From the IMG/VR virus record IMGVR_UViG_3300011991_000001: DNA of 20,000 bases; one strand, given 5' to 3'. The position numbers and the translations under genes were made by a program. Source of the stretch: an uncultured virus (IMG/VR IMGVR_UViG_3300011991_000001) (lineage: Duplodnaviria; Heunggongvirae; Uroviricota; Caudoviricetes). Under the pieces are notes generated by a model. That model saw only the letters and a list, made by a program, of their open reading frames with translations. It had not been told where the DNA came from and did not search any database. Shown here one piece after another: positions 7,127-16,483 of this stretch (positions within the stretch are counted from its first letter, which is position 1; the number at the start of each line of letters is the position of its first letter).

Positions 7127-7939
7127 GTGAAAATTAAACGAGAACAAATTACATGTAGTAGTTGTGGATTGATTAAATCAGCTAATATAACCAACTATTT
7201 CAAAACTGATAATCCTTTATATAATGAATTTTTCCCAACATGCAAGAGTTGCGTATATGATCTATACAATTCTTATATACAGTCTGGTTCAAACATTAGA
7301 GATTCAGTAATAAAAGTTTGTGAGTTGCTTGATAAACCATTTCTTGAAGAAGTATTTTACAATACCTTTGAAAAAGAAAAGATAAATCCTAATCTTTTAG
7401 GAATATATTTTAAAAATTCAGCAATGCCCCAATATCGCAAGCAAGGTCTTGTAAGATATAAAGATAGTATATTTGCAAACAGTTCCTCGCAAGGGCAACA
7501 ATCAGTGTTTGAAGATCAAACAAGAATATATAGTGAAGAATGGAATGGAAGATATACTCAGGTAGATATTAAATATCTTGACAAATATCTTACAGGATTG
7601 CATTCAGACTTCAAGATTAATACAACAAGTTACAAAGACTATGCGAAAAAGATTTGTTGTGCTAGTTTAGCTGTTAATAAAGCATATCAAGAAATGTTAG
7701 ATGGAACAAATGGAGCTGATAAGAAATATAAAGACTTGCAAGCTACTTTTGATACACTATCAAAGTCTGCTCAGTTCACTGAAAACTCTAGATCAAGTAT
7801 AAGTGCTGGTATAAATAGTATTTGCCAAGTAGTAGATAAAATAGAAAGTAAAGACTGGATTTATGTAGCAGAAGATTATGAAAAGGATGCTATTGAACAT
7901 TTATTAGATCAGTTTAATAATATCCAGAAATCATTGTAG
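7127..7939 (+). CDS. Zinc-finger protein upstream of large terminase (YonG-like, putative small terminase)
   Basis: Likely GTG start at 7127 after AAGGAAGGG, because the track's ATG at 7058 lies inside the hairpin. Contains CSSC and CKSC, and sits directly before TerL. Confidence 0.6.
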   Translation: MKIKREQITCSSCGLIKSANITNYFKTDNPLYNEFFPTCKSCVYDLYNSYIQSGSNIRDSVIKVCELLDKPFLEEVFYNTFEKEKINPNLLGIYFKNSAMPQYRKQGLVRYKDSIFANSSSQGQQSVFEDQTRIYSEEWNGRYTQVDIKYLDKYLTGLHSDFKINTTSYKDYAKKICCASLAVNKAYQEMLDGTNGADKKYKDLQATFDTLSKSAQFTENSRSSISAGINSICQVVDKIESKDWIYVAEDYEKDAIEHLLDQFNNIQKSL

Positions 7940-7947
7940 GTGATAAC

Positions 7948-9693
7948 ATGGCAGTACATAAGAATTTTAGTAAAAAAAGTAGACATATAAAAGATGGAGA
8001 TTTTAATAACTTAGATAGTAGTTTTAGCCATGACCCAATAGTTGGCGAAGGCGATGATTTAAGTAATGAAGAGTGGATTAAGTTTATAGCATATTATAGG
8101 GTACATATAGACAAGTTTGCCATTGAAGTTCTTGGACTCAAGCTCCATATGTTCCAACGCTTATTACTTAGAGCTATGGCTAGATACCAATATGTAATGC
8201 TCATATGTTGTAGAGGAATAGGAAAGTCTTGGATAAGTGCAGTATTTTTTGTCTGTTCAGCTATACTATATAAGGGCCTAAAATGTGGCATAGCTTCAGG
8301 TCAGGGGCAACAGGCTAGGAACGTGATTATACAAAAGATTAAAGGTGAACTTGCTAATAACCCTAATATAGCACGAGAAATAATATTCCCAATAAGTGTG
8401 TCATCTGATAACTGTGTTGTAAACTTTAGAAATGGCAGTGAAATTAGAGCTATTGTTTTAGGAAGAAATCAAGGAGATGGAGCAAGAAGTTGGAGATTTA
8501 ATTATCTACTAATTGACGAGGCACGTTTGGTACCAGATTCCGTCATATCCACTATCCTAATTCCAATGACAAAAACTAAAAGGCCAGTTGCTATCGAACA
8601 TATGATGCCAGAAAAAGGCAAGGTAATTTTTATCTCTTCTGCCTTCTTAAAAACAAGTGACTTATATAAAAGGTTTATATACTTCTATGGTAAAATGAAG
8701 GATGGAAATAAAAACTTCTTTGTATGTGCTTTGGACTATAAAGTTGGAATTGAGTCTATGATTTTTGATGCAGAAGATATTGATGAAGAGAAAAATAAAC
8801 CAGATACTACTGAAGAAATTTTTCTATATGAGTATTGTGGACAGTTTGTAGGTTCTAGTGGTGAAAGTTATTACCCTTATGAAATCACTAATCCTTGTAG
8901 AATATTAGATCAGTGCGAGGTAATTCAACCTAAGAAAAGTAAGAGTATATATATTATTGTTCATGACGTTGCATTATCTAGTGCTAAAAACTCTGATAAC
9001 GCATGTACTCACGTAATTAAGTTGAAAGAAAAATCGAATGGCACATATTTTAAAGATGTTGTTTATACGAAAACACATAATGGGGCAACACTTCCAGAGC
9101 AGAGAGATTTCTTGAGAGAATTGTATCATCTTAAATTCCCCAATGCAATCAAAATAATTATTGATATGCGTGGCAACGGAGAACCACTCCCATCGTTGTT
9201 CTATGAAAGCTGGGAATATAGAGATGAAAAAACAAAGGAAACAATTGAATTCCCCCCCTTAGTTTTAGATGATGATGAAAAAGGTAGAGACATTAAAAAT
9301 TCCGTACCTATTATTAGAGGGATAACTGCTACACAAAGTAGCAATAACACTATGTACACTTATCTTAAAGCTTCTTTTGAAAATAAATCTTTGAGATTAT
9401 TAAAACATTCAACTGAAATGAATGAGTCATATAAAACAGCACAATTAACTGTTGAAGAGTTTTCTATGTTTGTACAAACAGACTTATTAATCCAAGAATT
9501 ATCTAATATTAAGCAAATTATGAGTGCCAATAATAACGTTATATATGACAGAATTGTAAAAACTCATAAAAGAGATAGGGCTACAAGTTTAGCATATGGA
9601 TTATCTGTGGTAAATGAAATGGAAGAATATAACCGAAAAAATATGTTTGGCGAAGAGGAGGAAGATTCTCTTCAATACCTATTCTTCAATTAA
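7948..9693 (+). CDS. Terminase large subunit (YonF-like)
   Basis: Walker A CRGIGKS, Walker B LLIDEARL, coupling FISSA, EYCGQF, nuclease acidic motifs VHDVA, IIIDMRGNG and RDRATS. Confidence 0.93.
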   Translation: MAVHKNFSKKSRHIKDGDFNNLDSSFSHDPIVGEGDDLSNEEWIKFIAYYRVHIDKFAIEVLGLKLHMFQRLLLRAMARYQYVMLICCRGIGKSWISAVFFVCSAILYKGLKCGIASGQGQQARNVIIQKIKGELANNPNIAREIIFPISVSSDNCVVNFRNGSEIRAIVLGRNQGDGARSWRFNYLLIDEARLVPDSVISTILIPMTKTKRPVAIEHMMPEKGKVIFISSAFLKTSDLYKRFIYFYGKMKDGNKNFFVCALDYKVGIESMIFDAEDIDEEKNKPDTTEEIFLYEYCGQFVGSSGESYYPYEITNPCRILDQCEVIQPKKSKSIYIIVHDVALSSAKNSDNACTHVIKLKEKSNGTYFKDVVYTKTHNGATLPEQRDFLRELYHLKFPNAIKIIIDMRGNGEPLPSLFYESWEYRDEKTKETIEFPPLVLDDDEKGRDIKNSVPIIRGITATQSSNNTMYTYLKASFENKSLRLLKHSTEMNESYKTAQLTVEEFSMFVQTDLLIQELSNIKQIMSANNNVIYDRIVKTHKRDRATSLAYGLSVVNEMEEYNRKNMFGEEEEDSLQYLFFN

Positions 9694-9720
9694 CATCCCT
9701 CAATGAAAGGAGGTTACAAA

Positions 9721-11283
9721 TTGTCAAGACGCAGAAATAAAAACAGGACATTCGCATCTCCACCATCTAATAATTCAACATCTCAAGATATTGTTTCAAC
9801 CTTAGATCCAGAAGAGTTAAGAAAATTTAGTTTAGCTGTTGGTAATAGCATAAATAATAATCCCTTATGGATGAATGAGCTTCTAAAACAACAATCTACA
9901 TCAAGTTACAAATATAAGAAGTCAGATATCATTAAATGGACAGAAAACCCTGCGAATAGTGAGAAACAATTAAGAGAAGTTGCAATGTATTTGTATAATA
10001 CAAGCTCATTCTTTAAAAGAATTGTGTATTATCTATCTTCCATTTGTACATTAGACCATATGATTATTCCTTATAATATTTCTGAATCAGATGTAAAATC
10101 TACTGTATTTAAAAAAGCTAAAACAAAAGCTTATAACTGGCTTGATTCCTTTGATATTAAAAAGGAATTTTTATCTATAATGCAAGTAATTATTCTTGAA
10201 GACATATTTTTCGGATATAAAAGAACCTCTAATACATCAACTACATTACAAAGGTTACCTTCTGCATGGTGTAGACTTGTTTCTAAAACAGACATAGGAT
10301 TTCAATATGCGTTTAATTTTATGTATTTCCTAAATCCCCTCGTCAATATTGATACATTTCCTCCAGAGTTTAAGAAATACTATGACGCAGTCATATCTGG
10401 TAAACGAACTGACATTAATGGATCACCTGTAAACAGTGGAAGTTATTATTGGGTTGTACTTGATGAAAATGCGGTTGCTTTTAAATTTGATAGTAGTACA
10501 GGAATTATTGCTCCTCCACTCATGGGTATATTTGGTGATTGTTTAGAAATTGATACATACAAGGATTTAATTAAAGATAAATTAACTTTAGATATTCAAA
10601 AATTAGTTTATCAAAGAATCCCAATGGGTAAAGAGAAAAAAGGTGAATTTTTAATTTCTCTGCCTGATGCTAAAGAGTTTCATAATAACGCCAAAGCTAA
10701 TATGCCAGCAAATGTAGGGATAGTAACGACTCCTATGGAAATGGCATCTATATCTTTTGATAAACAAGCACAAACAAAAGATAGTTTGATTGGATTAGGT
10801 GAGTCAAACTTCTTCAAAGCAGGGGGAATTAGTGAAGTATTATTCTCTAGCGATGGAGGAAATATTGGATTAAATCTAAGTGTTCAAACAGATTATGAAT
10901 TTGTAAAACATTGTGTAAAGCAATTTGAGAAATGGATTAATTTTCAACTTAGTAAACTAGGTGGAAAGTACAAATTCAAGGTTATATTCCCAGATGTGAG
11001 TGTTTTTAATAGAGACGAATTATATACATCTGCTTTAAATTCTGCAACTCTTGGATATAGTAAGCGTTTAGTTGCATGTTTACAAGGAATTAATCCACAA
11101 GATTTTGATTCAATGATGGCATTTGAAAATGGAGAAGATATTGTTTCGGCATTAAAACCTCTTGCAAGTGCCTATACAGGTGGATTGAGTGAAGGTGGTA
11201 ATCCAGGTAAAAAGACCAAAGACTTGACCGACAAAGGATTAGAAACTAAATCTTCAGGGGCTAACGATAATAGAGGCAAGTAA
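9721..11283 (+). CDS. Portal protein (YonE-like)
   Basis: About 520 aa directly after TerL. TTG start at 9721 after AAAGGAGG; G-rich C-terminal tail typical of portals. Confidence 0.8.
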   Translation: MSRRRNKNRTFASPPSNNSTSQDIVSTLDPEELRKFSLAVGNSINNNPLWMNELLKQQSTSSYKYKKSDIIKWTENPANSEKQLREVAMYLYNTSSFFKRIVYYLSSICTLDHMIIPYNISESDVKSTVFKKAKTKAYNWLDSFDIKKEFLSIMQVIILEDIFFGYKRTSNTSTTLQRLPSAWCRLVSKTDIGFQYAFNFMYFLNPLVNIDTFPPEFKKYYDAVISGKRTDINGSPVNSGSYYWVVLDENAVAFKFDSSTGIIAPPLMGIFGDCLEIDTYKDLIKDKLTLDIQKLVYQRIPMGKEKKGEFLISLPDAKEFHNNAKANMPANVGIVTTPMEMASISFDKQAQTKDSLIGLGESNFFKAGGISEVLFSSDGGNIGLNLSVQTDYEFVKHCVKQFEKWINFQLSKLGGKYKFKVIFPDVSVFNRDELYTSALNSATLGYSKRLVACLQGINPQDFDSMMAFENGEDIVSALKPLASAYTGGLSEGGNPGKKTKDLTDKGLETKSSGANDNRGK

Positions 11284-11295
11284 GAAGGTGTAATA

Positions 11296-11484
11296 ATGAA
11301 GAAATTCATATATTGTTCTAGTGAACAGTTAAAGGATGATTTATTATCTAAGAATTTTAAAGTAATCCAAACCTATGAATCTAATAACATAATAGTTTGG
11401 GTCTTTGAAAATTCAATTGATATAAATAAATATGTTAGTTTTAATAATACAAACATTACATATTCTAATCGTTTGTACTTTTAA
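11296..11484 (+). CDS. Small phage protein, DUF5659-like pattern
   Basis: 62 aa FIYC...LKDDLL...F..I...VWVFEN; SD AAGGTG. Confidence 0.65.
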   Translation: MKKFIYCSSEQLKDDLLSKNFKVIQTYESNNIIVWVFENSIDINKYVSFNNTNITYSNRLYF

Positions 11485-11496
11485 GGAGGTGAGAAT

Positions 11497-12756
11497 TTGA
11501 AGAGAATAGGGTTTCAATCTACATATGATAGTTTTGAAAAAATTAACCCAGAATTTGCAAAAGTTAAAATTCATGTAATGTACTGTGGAGAGAATAGAAA
11601 TGGAAGCTTTATAAGTCGTGAAACTGTTTACAAAATGCTTTATTCCTTGAAAAATATTCCTGTGGTGGGTGAATGGAAGTCTGATGATTTTGGTACGCAT
11701 GGTGGTAAAGTTGAATTATCCGATGATGGTGTGAAATTCACAGACACTACAAAGCCATATGGAGTTATCCCCTCTGATGCAGAAGTTACATGGGAAACAA
11801 TTCGTGAAAAAGATGGTATTACTGAGCATGAATACCTTACTACAACTGCATACCTATGGTTGGGCAGATATCCTGAAATCGAGAAAATTCTTGATGATGG
11901 TGCAAATCAGTCAATGGAATTATCAATAACAGATGGTCAATTTAATACAGAAAAAAATTATTACGAAATTAATGATGGTCATTTTTCTGCACTTTGTATT
12001 CTTGGTTCAGATGTTGAACCATGTTTCGCCTCTGCTGATATTGAACATTTTAGTCTAGATAAGGAAAAGTTCATGCAGGATTTTACAGAAATGATGACTG
12101 AACTAAATTTTTCACTAGACAAAAATAATACTAATCACACTTCTAACGAAGTTGATATAGAAAATATTGAAGAAGGAGGTTTAGGCATGAATGAAGATAT
12201 TGTAATCGAGGAAGTAATTTTAGATGAAGTAGTTTCAACAGAACCAGTCGTTGAGGAATTTGAAAAGACTGAAGAAGTTGAAATTATAATTGATTCTGAA
12301 GAAAAAAGGGATTTTGAAGCAGAAGTAAAAATATATATGGATAAAATTTCTGCACTTGAATCTGATAATACGGACTTACAAATTAAATATTCAGAATTAG
12401 AATCTGAAGCTGTAGAACTGCGTCAATATAAGTCTGAAAAGATTGCTACTGATGAATATACGGCTAAAGAAATTGAAGTTAATGCTCTTTTTGCGAAGAA
12501 AGAATTTGCAGTTTTAACTGAGGAAGAAGTCAGTGAATTAAAAGTAAAGGCTTTTGAAATGGATCTAGCGTCTGTTGAAAAGGATTTATATGCTTTAGTT
12601 GGAATGAAACTAGCTTCTAAATTTTCATTAATAAAAAATGAAGATGGAAGTTCAGATGTAATTAAAATGTCCCTTGATATGGGTATTACGCATGAGGATG
12701 AAGTTAGTTCAAAATCTTATGCTGGTATTATAAAGAAATATAGTAAACAAAAATAA
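11497..12756 (+). CDS. Prohead protease-scaffold fusion (YonD-like)
   Basis: GENRNGSFIS, IPVVG, FGTHG, AYLW, QSMEL and FSALCILGSDVEPCF in the N-terminal domain; acidic coiled-coil C-terminal half; SD AAGGAGGTGA. Confidence 0.82.
   Translation: MKRIGFQSTYDSFEKINPEFAKVKIHVMYCGENRNGSFISRETVYKMLYSLKNIPVVGEWKSDDFGTHGGKVELSDDGVKFTDTTKPYGVIPSDAEVTWETIREKDGITEHEYLTTTAYLWLGRYPEIEKILDDGANQSMELSITDGQFNTEKNYYEINDGHFSALCILGSDVEPCFASADIEHFSLDKEKFMQDFTEMMTELNFSLDKNNTNHTSNEVDIENIEEGGLGMNEDIVIEEVILDEVVSTEPVVEEFEKTEEVEIIIDSEEKRDFEAEVKIYMDKISALESDNTDLQIKYSELESEAVELRQYKSEKIATDEYTAKEIEVNALFAKKEFAVLTEEEVSELKVKAFEMDLASVEKDLYALVGMKLASKFSLIKNEDGSSDVIKMSLDMGITHEDEVSSKSYAGIIKKYSKQK
12187..12756 (+). CDS. Probable nested in-frame scaffold protein (189 aa)
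   Basis: Internal SD AAGGAGGT (12173-12180) followed by in-frame ATG at 12187, at the protease/acidic-domain boundary. Confidence 0.55.
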   Translation: MNEDIVIEEVILDEVVSTEPVVEEFEKTEEVEIIIDSEEKRDFEAEVKIYMDKISALESDNTDLQIKYSELESEAVELRQYKSEKIATDEYTAKEIEVNALFAKKEFAVLTEEEVSELKVKAFEMDLASVEKDLYALVGMKLASKFSLIKNEDGSSDVIKMSLDMGITHEDEVSSKSYAGIIKKYSKQK

Positions 12757-12777
12757 TTTTTCAGGAGGATTTATATT

Positions 12778-12945
12778 TTGGAAAAGCTTTTTTATTGTTA
12801 CTCATTACCTTTAAAAAGATTTTTAGTTGGAAATGGAGTTAGGTATCTACATAGTGGAACACATCGTAAAACATTGAAAACTTTTTATGTTTTTATTGGT
12901 ACTGATAAATTAAATTGTCTATTACAACAATGGAGAAGCGTCTGA
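12778..12945 (+). CDS. 55-aa DUF5659-like protein (not in ORF track)
   Basis: SD AGGAGG, TTG start; translation MEKLFYCYSLPLKRFLVGNGVRYLHSGTHRKTLKTFYVFIGTDKLNCLLQQWRSV*. Confidence 0.7.
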   Translation: MEKLFYCYSLPLKRFLVGNGVRYLHSGTHRKTLKTFYVFIGTDKLNCLLQQWRSV

Positions 12946-12981
12946 TATATTAAATCCCCTTATATCTTGGAGGGTGATATT

Positions 12982-13878
12982 TTGGACGTATTAATAAATT
13001 TGGCTAATGATATATCTTTAAATGTTAAGGAAATGAATATAGAATATAAAAAAGTTAAAGGTATTTATGTTTTATATAATAAAATTAACAAGAAATGTTA
13101 TATCGGACAAACCAATAATCTTTGGGACAGGTTTAGAGGGCATATGTCTAACTTGAATACAAATCACCATCCCAATCGACATCTACAAAAGAGTGCTAAC
13201 AAATATGGGATATCTAATTTTGAAGGATATGTTGTAGAAAAAGTTGAGAATGAAAATGATTTAAATGGTCTTGAATTATATTATATAAAGTTGCTTGACT
13301 CTAGATTAAAACTATACGGATATAATATGAAACTTGATACATATTCAAGGGAAGCAGAGAACAAGTCTAATCAAATTGGTGCACCTCATCCTTCCTTTAG
13401 GAAATCAGTTGTTCAGCTAAGTCAAGATGGTAAATATATAAGTAGATTTGATGGTATTGTAATCGCTTCAAAAGAAACTGGTGCTTCTAGAGGTGCTATA
13501 GGATTATGTTGTAATAAGAAGGCAAGAACCTCTGGAGGATTTATGTGGTTATTTGAAAGTGAATATAATAACATTGGTTTTAATTTTATCTTTTACGTTG
13601 ATCAATTACCAAAAATAAATAGAAACGCAATGGAATACGTGAGAAAAGACGGTAAGAAAGATAAAGTAATCAAATCAAAAATAGATTACAGTGTGGTTCA
13701 ATCTTCACTTGAAGGAGAAGTTCTTAGAGTATGGGATTGTCCAGAACAAACTAGAGAGTATGGTTTTAATCCGAATGTAATTTATGATTGTTGTAGTGGT
13801 AGAGTAAACAAACATAAAGGGTTCATTTGGCATTATAAACATAATATCAAAAAAATAAAAGAAATGAGGAATAAATAA
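12982..13878 (+). CDS. Free-standing GIY-YIG homing endonuclease with two NUMOD1-like DNA-binding repeats
   Basis: KGIYVLYNKINKKCYIGQT...R...H, ELYYI and GYN motifs; two VVQ...G...I..CC.......GF.W repeats. Likely TTG start at 12982 after GGAGGGTGA. Confidence 0.9.
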   Translation: MDVLINLANDISLNVKEMNIEYKKVKGIYVLYNKINKKCYIGQTNNLWDRFRGHMSNLNTNHHPNRHLQKSANKYGISNFEGYVVEKVENENDLNGLELYYIKLLDSRLKLYGYNMKLDTYSREAENKSNQIGAPHPSFRKSVVQLSQDGKYISRFDGIVIASKETGASRGAIGLCCNKKARTSGGFMWLFESEYNNIGFNFIFYVDQLPKINRNAMEYVRKDGKKDKVIKSKIDYSVVQSSLEGEVLRVWDCPEQTREYGFNPNVIYDCCSGRVNKHKGFIWHYKHNIKKIKEMRNK

Positions 13879-14366
13879 TGATTCACGCAATTTGTCAATT
13901 AGAAAAAATTCAAGCCAAATATGATGGTAATATCGAATCCGTAGTAGCTACTGTAGATTTGGATAATGGTTCAATCGGGGTTCTCGCTGGTGTCGTTACT
14001 GGTGAAAGAGAATTAAAGAATCTTGTTGCACCTGCAACAGCAACTCTTGGAACTGATGAAATCGTATTAGTTTCTAGTCCTGAAATTAACTATCTCCCTG
14101 GAACAACTTTGCAAGATTTTTACAATGTATCTGGATTACCAGCACGTGCTTATCATTTAGTCGCAGGAGATATTTTCACGGTAGCTGATGCCAACATCAC
14201 AGGCACTACTGTTCTTAATCAATGGATTGGAGTAGCAAATGCATCTTATAAACTCACTTTCTCTGCTACTCTTCCTGTTACACGTTTCATTGGTCAAGTA
14301 ATTGAAAAAGGAACTACTGGTTTTAACAAAGTAGCTTGCACAACTATTCAAGTATTAAAAGCATAA
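13878..14366 (+). CDS. Capsid decoration/cement protein (YonC-like)
   Basis: 162 aa, rich in A/T/G/V, with DLDNG...G and ARAYHL..GDIF; immediately before the major capsid gene; TAATG overlap with the endonuclease. Confidence 0.65.
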   Translation: MIHAICQLEKIQAKYDGNIESVVATVDLDNGSIGVLAGVVTGERELKNLVAPATATLGTDEIVLVSSPEINYLPGTTLQDFYNVSGLPARAYHLVAGDIFTVADANITGTTVLNQWIGVANASYKLTFSATLPVTRFIGQVIEKGTTGFNKVACTTIQVLKA

Positions 14367-14401
14367 TAACTAATAAATAAATTAAATGAAAAGAGGAATT
14401 A

Positions 14402-15406
14402 ATGATGAATGAACTAGTTCAATTAGGTTTAGATATTTATTATGGTAAAACAGACAAGTTTTCTGCGGAGGACGCAAATGGAGCACTCAGAAAATCTATC
14501 GTTGAAATGTGTGGCGGTAAAGTAGATTATAAATCAATGCAAAACCCTGTAACTCGTTATGCAGTATTTAATCTTATTACTGAAACAATTGACCAAATTA
14601 TTCCACGTACTTTAGAAGGACAATTTGACCAATTTGTCGAAACACGCAATATGTCGTGGGGAGATCAAGCAGTTTTTGAAGTATCGGATATTAGCTTGTT
14701 TAATGTTGCTACAATTGCTAATGGTACTACGAACATCAGAGCACAACGTTTAGACAGAGGTTCGTTGACTGTTCCTACGAAAATGAGATTCGTGAAAATC
14801 TATGAGGAATTCATTCGTTTTGCCAGTGGCAGAATCGACTGGCCTCTTATGGTAAATCGTATTGCTACTTCGTTTGCATTACAAATCAAGAGTGATATTT
14901 ATGCTGGTATTTATAGTTCTTACAGTACATTGAGTGCTACATACGGAGTAACTGGAACGTTCTCTCTTACTGCATTCAACACAATGGTAGCGCATGTTCA
15001 AGCTGCTGCTAATACCCCAGATGTGGTATGCTTCGGAACCAAATTAGCATTAGCAAAAGTAACTCCAACCGCTGGTTTTACTGCATATCCTGGTCTTATG
15101 AACCAAGAAATGTTGGGAGTAGTAAATTCACAAGGTTACTTGGGTAATCTTCAAGGAACACCATTAGTAGAACTCACAAACGCTCATGTTCCTGGTACTG
15201 ATAATTTCGTCATTGACGATTCCTTTATCCTTATTGTTCCACAAAATTCTGAGAAAATTGTCAAATTGGTATTTGAGGGAGAAGCTATTATGACAGATAA
15301 CGCTTTTGACCAAAATGCTGATATGTCTATTGAAAAAGGTTTTGGTAAGCAATATGGGATTGCGATCCTTAGTGCATCAAAATACGGCTTCATGAAATTG
15401 TCTTAA
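14402..15406 (+). CDS. Major capsid protein (YonB-like, HK97 fold expected)
   Basis: 334 aa in the canonical position; FVETRN..WGD...F and FGTK.AL motifs; followed by a strong hairpin. Confidence 0.85.
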   Translation: MMNELVQLGLDIYYGKTDKFSAEDANGALRKSIVEMCGGKVDYKSMQNPVTRYAVFNLITETIDQIIPRTLEGQFDQFVETRNMSWGDQAVFEVSDISLFNVATIANGTTNIRAQRLDRGSLTVPTKMRFVKIYEEFIRFASGRIDWPLMVNRIATSFALQIKSDIYAGIYSSYSTLSATYGVTGTFSLTAFNTMVAHVQAAANTPDVVCFGTKLALAKVTPTAGFTAYPGLMNQEMLGVVNSQGYLGNLQGTPLVELTNAHVPGTDNFVIDDSFILIVPQNSEKIVKLVFEGEAIMTDNAFDQNADMSIEKGFGKQYGIAILSASKYGFMKLS

Positions 15407-15414
15407 TATAAATA

Positions 15415-15458
15415 TAATATATTATGAGGGTGAAAATAATAACCCTCATAATATATTA
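15415..15458 (+). terminator. Perfect 17-bp hairpin after the major capsid gene
   Basis: TAATATATTATGAGGGT-gaaaataata-ACCCTCATAATATATTA; no poly-U tail. Confidence 0.6.
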
Positions 15459-15483
15459 ACTTGAATAAAAGGAGAGCACAATT

Positions 15484-16029
15484 ATGCCAAGAGCAAAAAA
15501 AGTAATGCCCAAAGAAGACATTATTGTTAAAGAAGTAAAAGTCTCTGAACCTCCCATTAAGAAAGTTGTTCCTAAAAAAGTGGATAAAGATGATTATGTT
15601 GATGTAGTAAATAACACTACACATATATTATCATTCGTAAATTCTAGGACAACTGGGGAATGGATGATTGAGGGTGGATATGGTGCTAGGGATGTAATGC
15701 AAGTTTCAGACTTAGTAACAATGAAATCTAATCAATCCAAACTTCTTCTAGAGGGATGGCTGGTAATTGATGATGAGGATGTCGTAAATCATTTGAGGTT
15801 AACTGAGTTATATAAATATTTAATTAAACCTGATAATATTGATGTATTCTTCAAATCATCTGAATCTAAAATGCAAGAAATAGTTTCTAAACAACCAAAG
15901 GGAACTAAAGATTTACTTGCTGAAATGGCAAAAATAAAAATTGAAAATGGAGAATTTGACTCTATAACTAAGCAAAGATTTCTTGAAAATCTTCTTGGCG
16001 TAAAATTTGATTCTTCAAACACTTATTAA
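15484..16029 (+). CDS. Virion-associated/head protein (YonA-like by synteny)
   Basis: SD AAAGGAG; first gene after the capsid gene; K-rich N terminus. Confidence 0.6.
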   Translation: MPRAKKVMPKEDIIVKEVKVSEPPIKKVVPKKVDKDDYVDVVNNTTHILSFVNSRTTGEWMIEGGYGARDVMQVSDLVTMKSNQSKLLLEGWLVIDDEDVVNHLRLTELYKYLIKPDNIDVFFKSSESKMQEIVSKQPKGTKDLLAEMAKIKIENGEFDSITKQRFLENLLGVKFDSSNTY

Positions 16030-16041
16030 GGAGGGAAAATT

Positions 16042-16479
16042 ATGAGTACCCCCTTCTCCTCTATTTACTCTAGATTTTTAAGAAAAATCACAGACCTTAA
16101 ACTTGCTAATCTTATTGTAACTGTGCCAACAATAGCAGACGGAAGATTATATGGTTGGTTAGAAAGTGCTACAACTAAATTTGATGAATGTGAAGTTGAT
16201 CTAATTGATATTGATTTAATTTCTCAACAATTTAACCAAACACTTACTCCTAAAGCACAAGAAATTATTGCTATTAAGATGTTAATTGAATGGTTTGAGC
16301 CTATGATTAATGATGTCTTAGCAATGCAAAACAGCCTCTCAGATAGCGATTTCAAACAATACAGTTCAGCAAACTTGATGAAAGAAAAAAGTGATAGATT
16401 AAATCAAATGATTCAAATAGCAGATAATTTGATTACTAATTATTCTTATACCCCAACCAATATTAAAGGATTGGGATGA
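16042..16479 (+). CDS. Head-tail adaptor (YomZ-like)
   Basis: MSTPFSSIYSRFL..ITD, FNQTLT..EIIA..M..EW and SDFKQYS.AN; synteny. Confidence 0.65.
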   Translation: MSTPFSSIYSRFLRKITDLKLANLIVTVPTIADGRLYGWLESATTKFDECEVDLIDIDLISQQFNQTLTPKAQEIIAIKMLIEWFEPMINDVLAMQNSLSDSDFKQYSSANLMKEKSDRLNQMIQIADNLITNYSYTPTNIKGLG

Positions 16480-16483
16480 TTAT

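Noticed and set aside
7948..15406. Introns or inteins in terminase, portal or capsid genes
   Set aside because: The ORFs are continuous, of ordinary length, and show no intein terminal motifs or intron cores that I could see.
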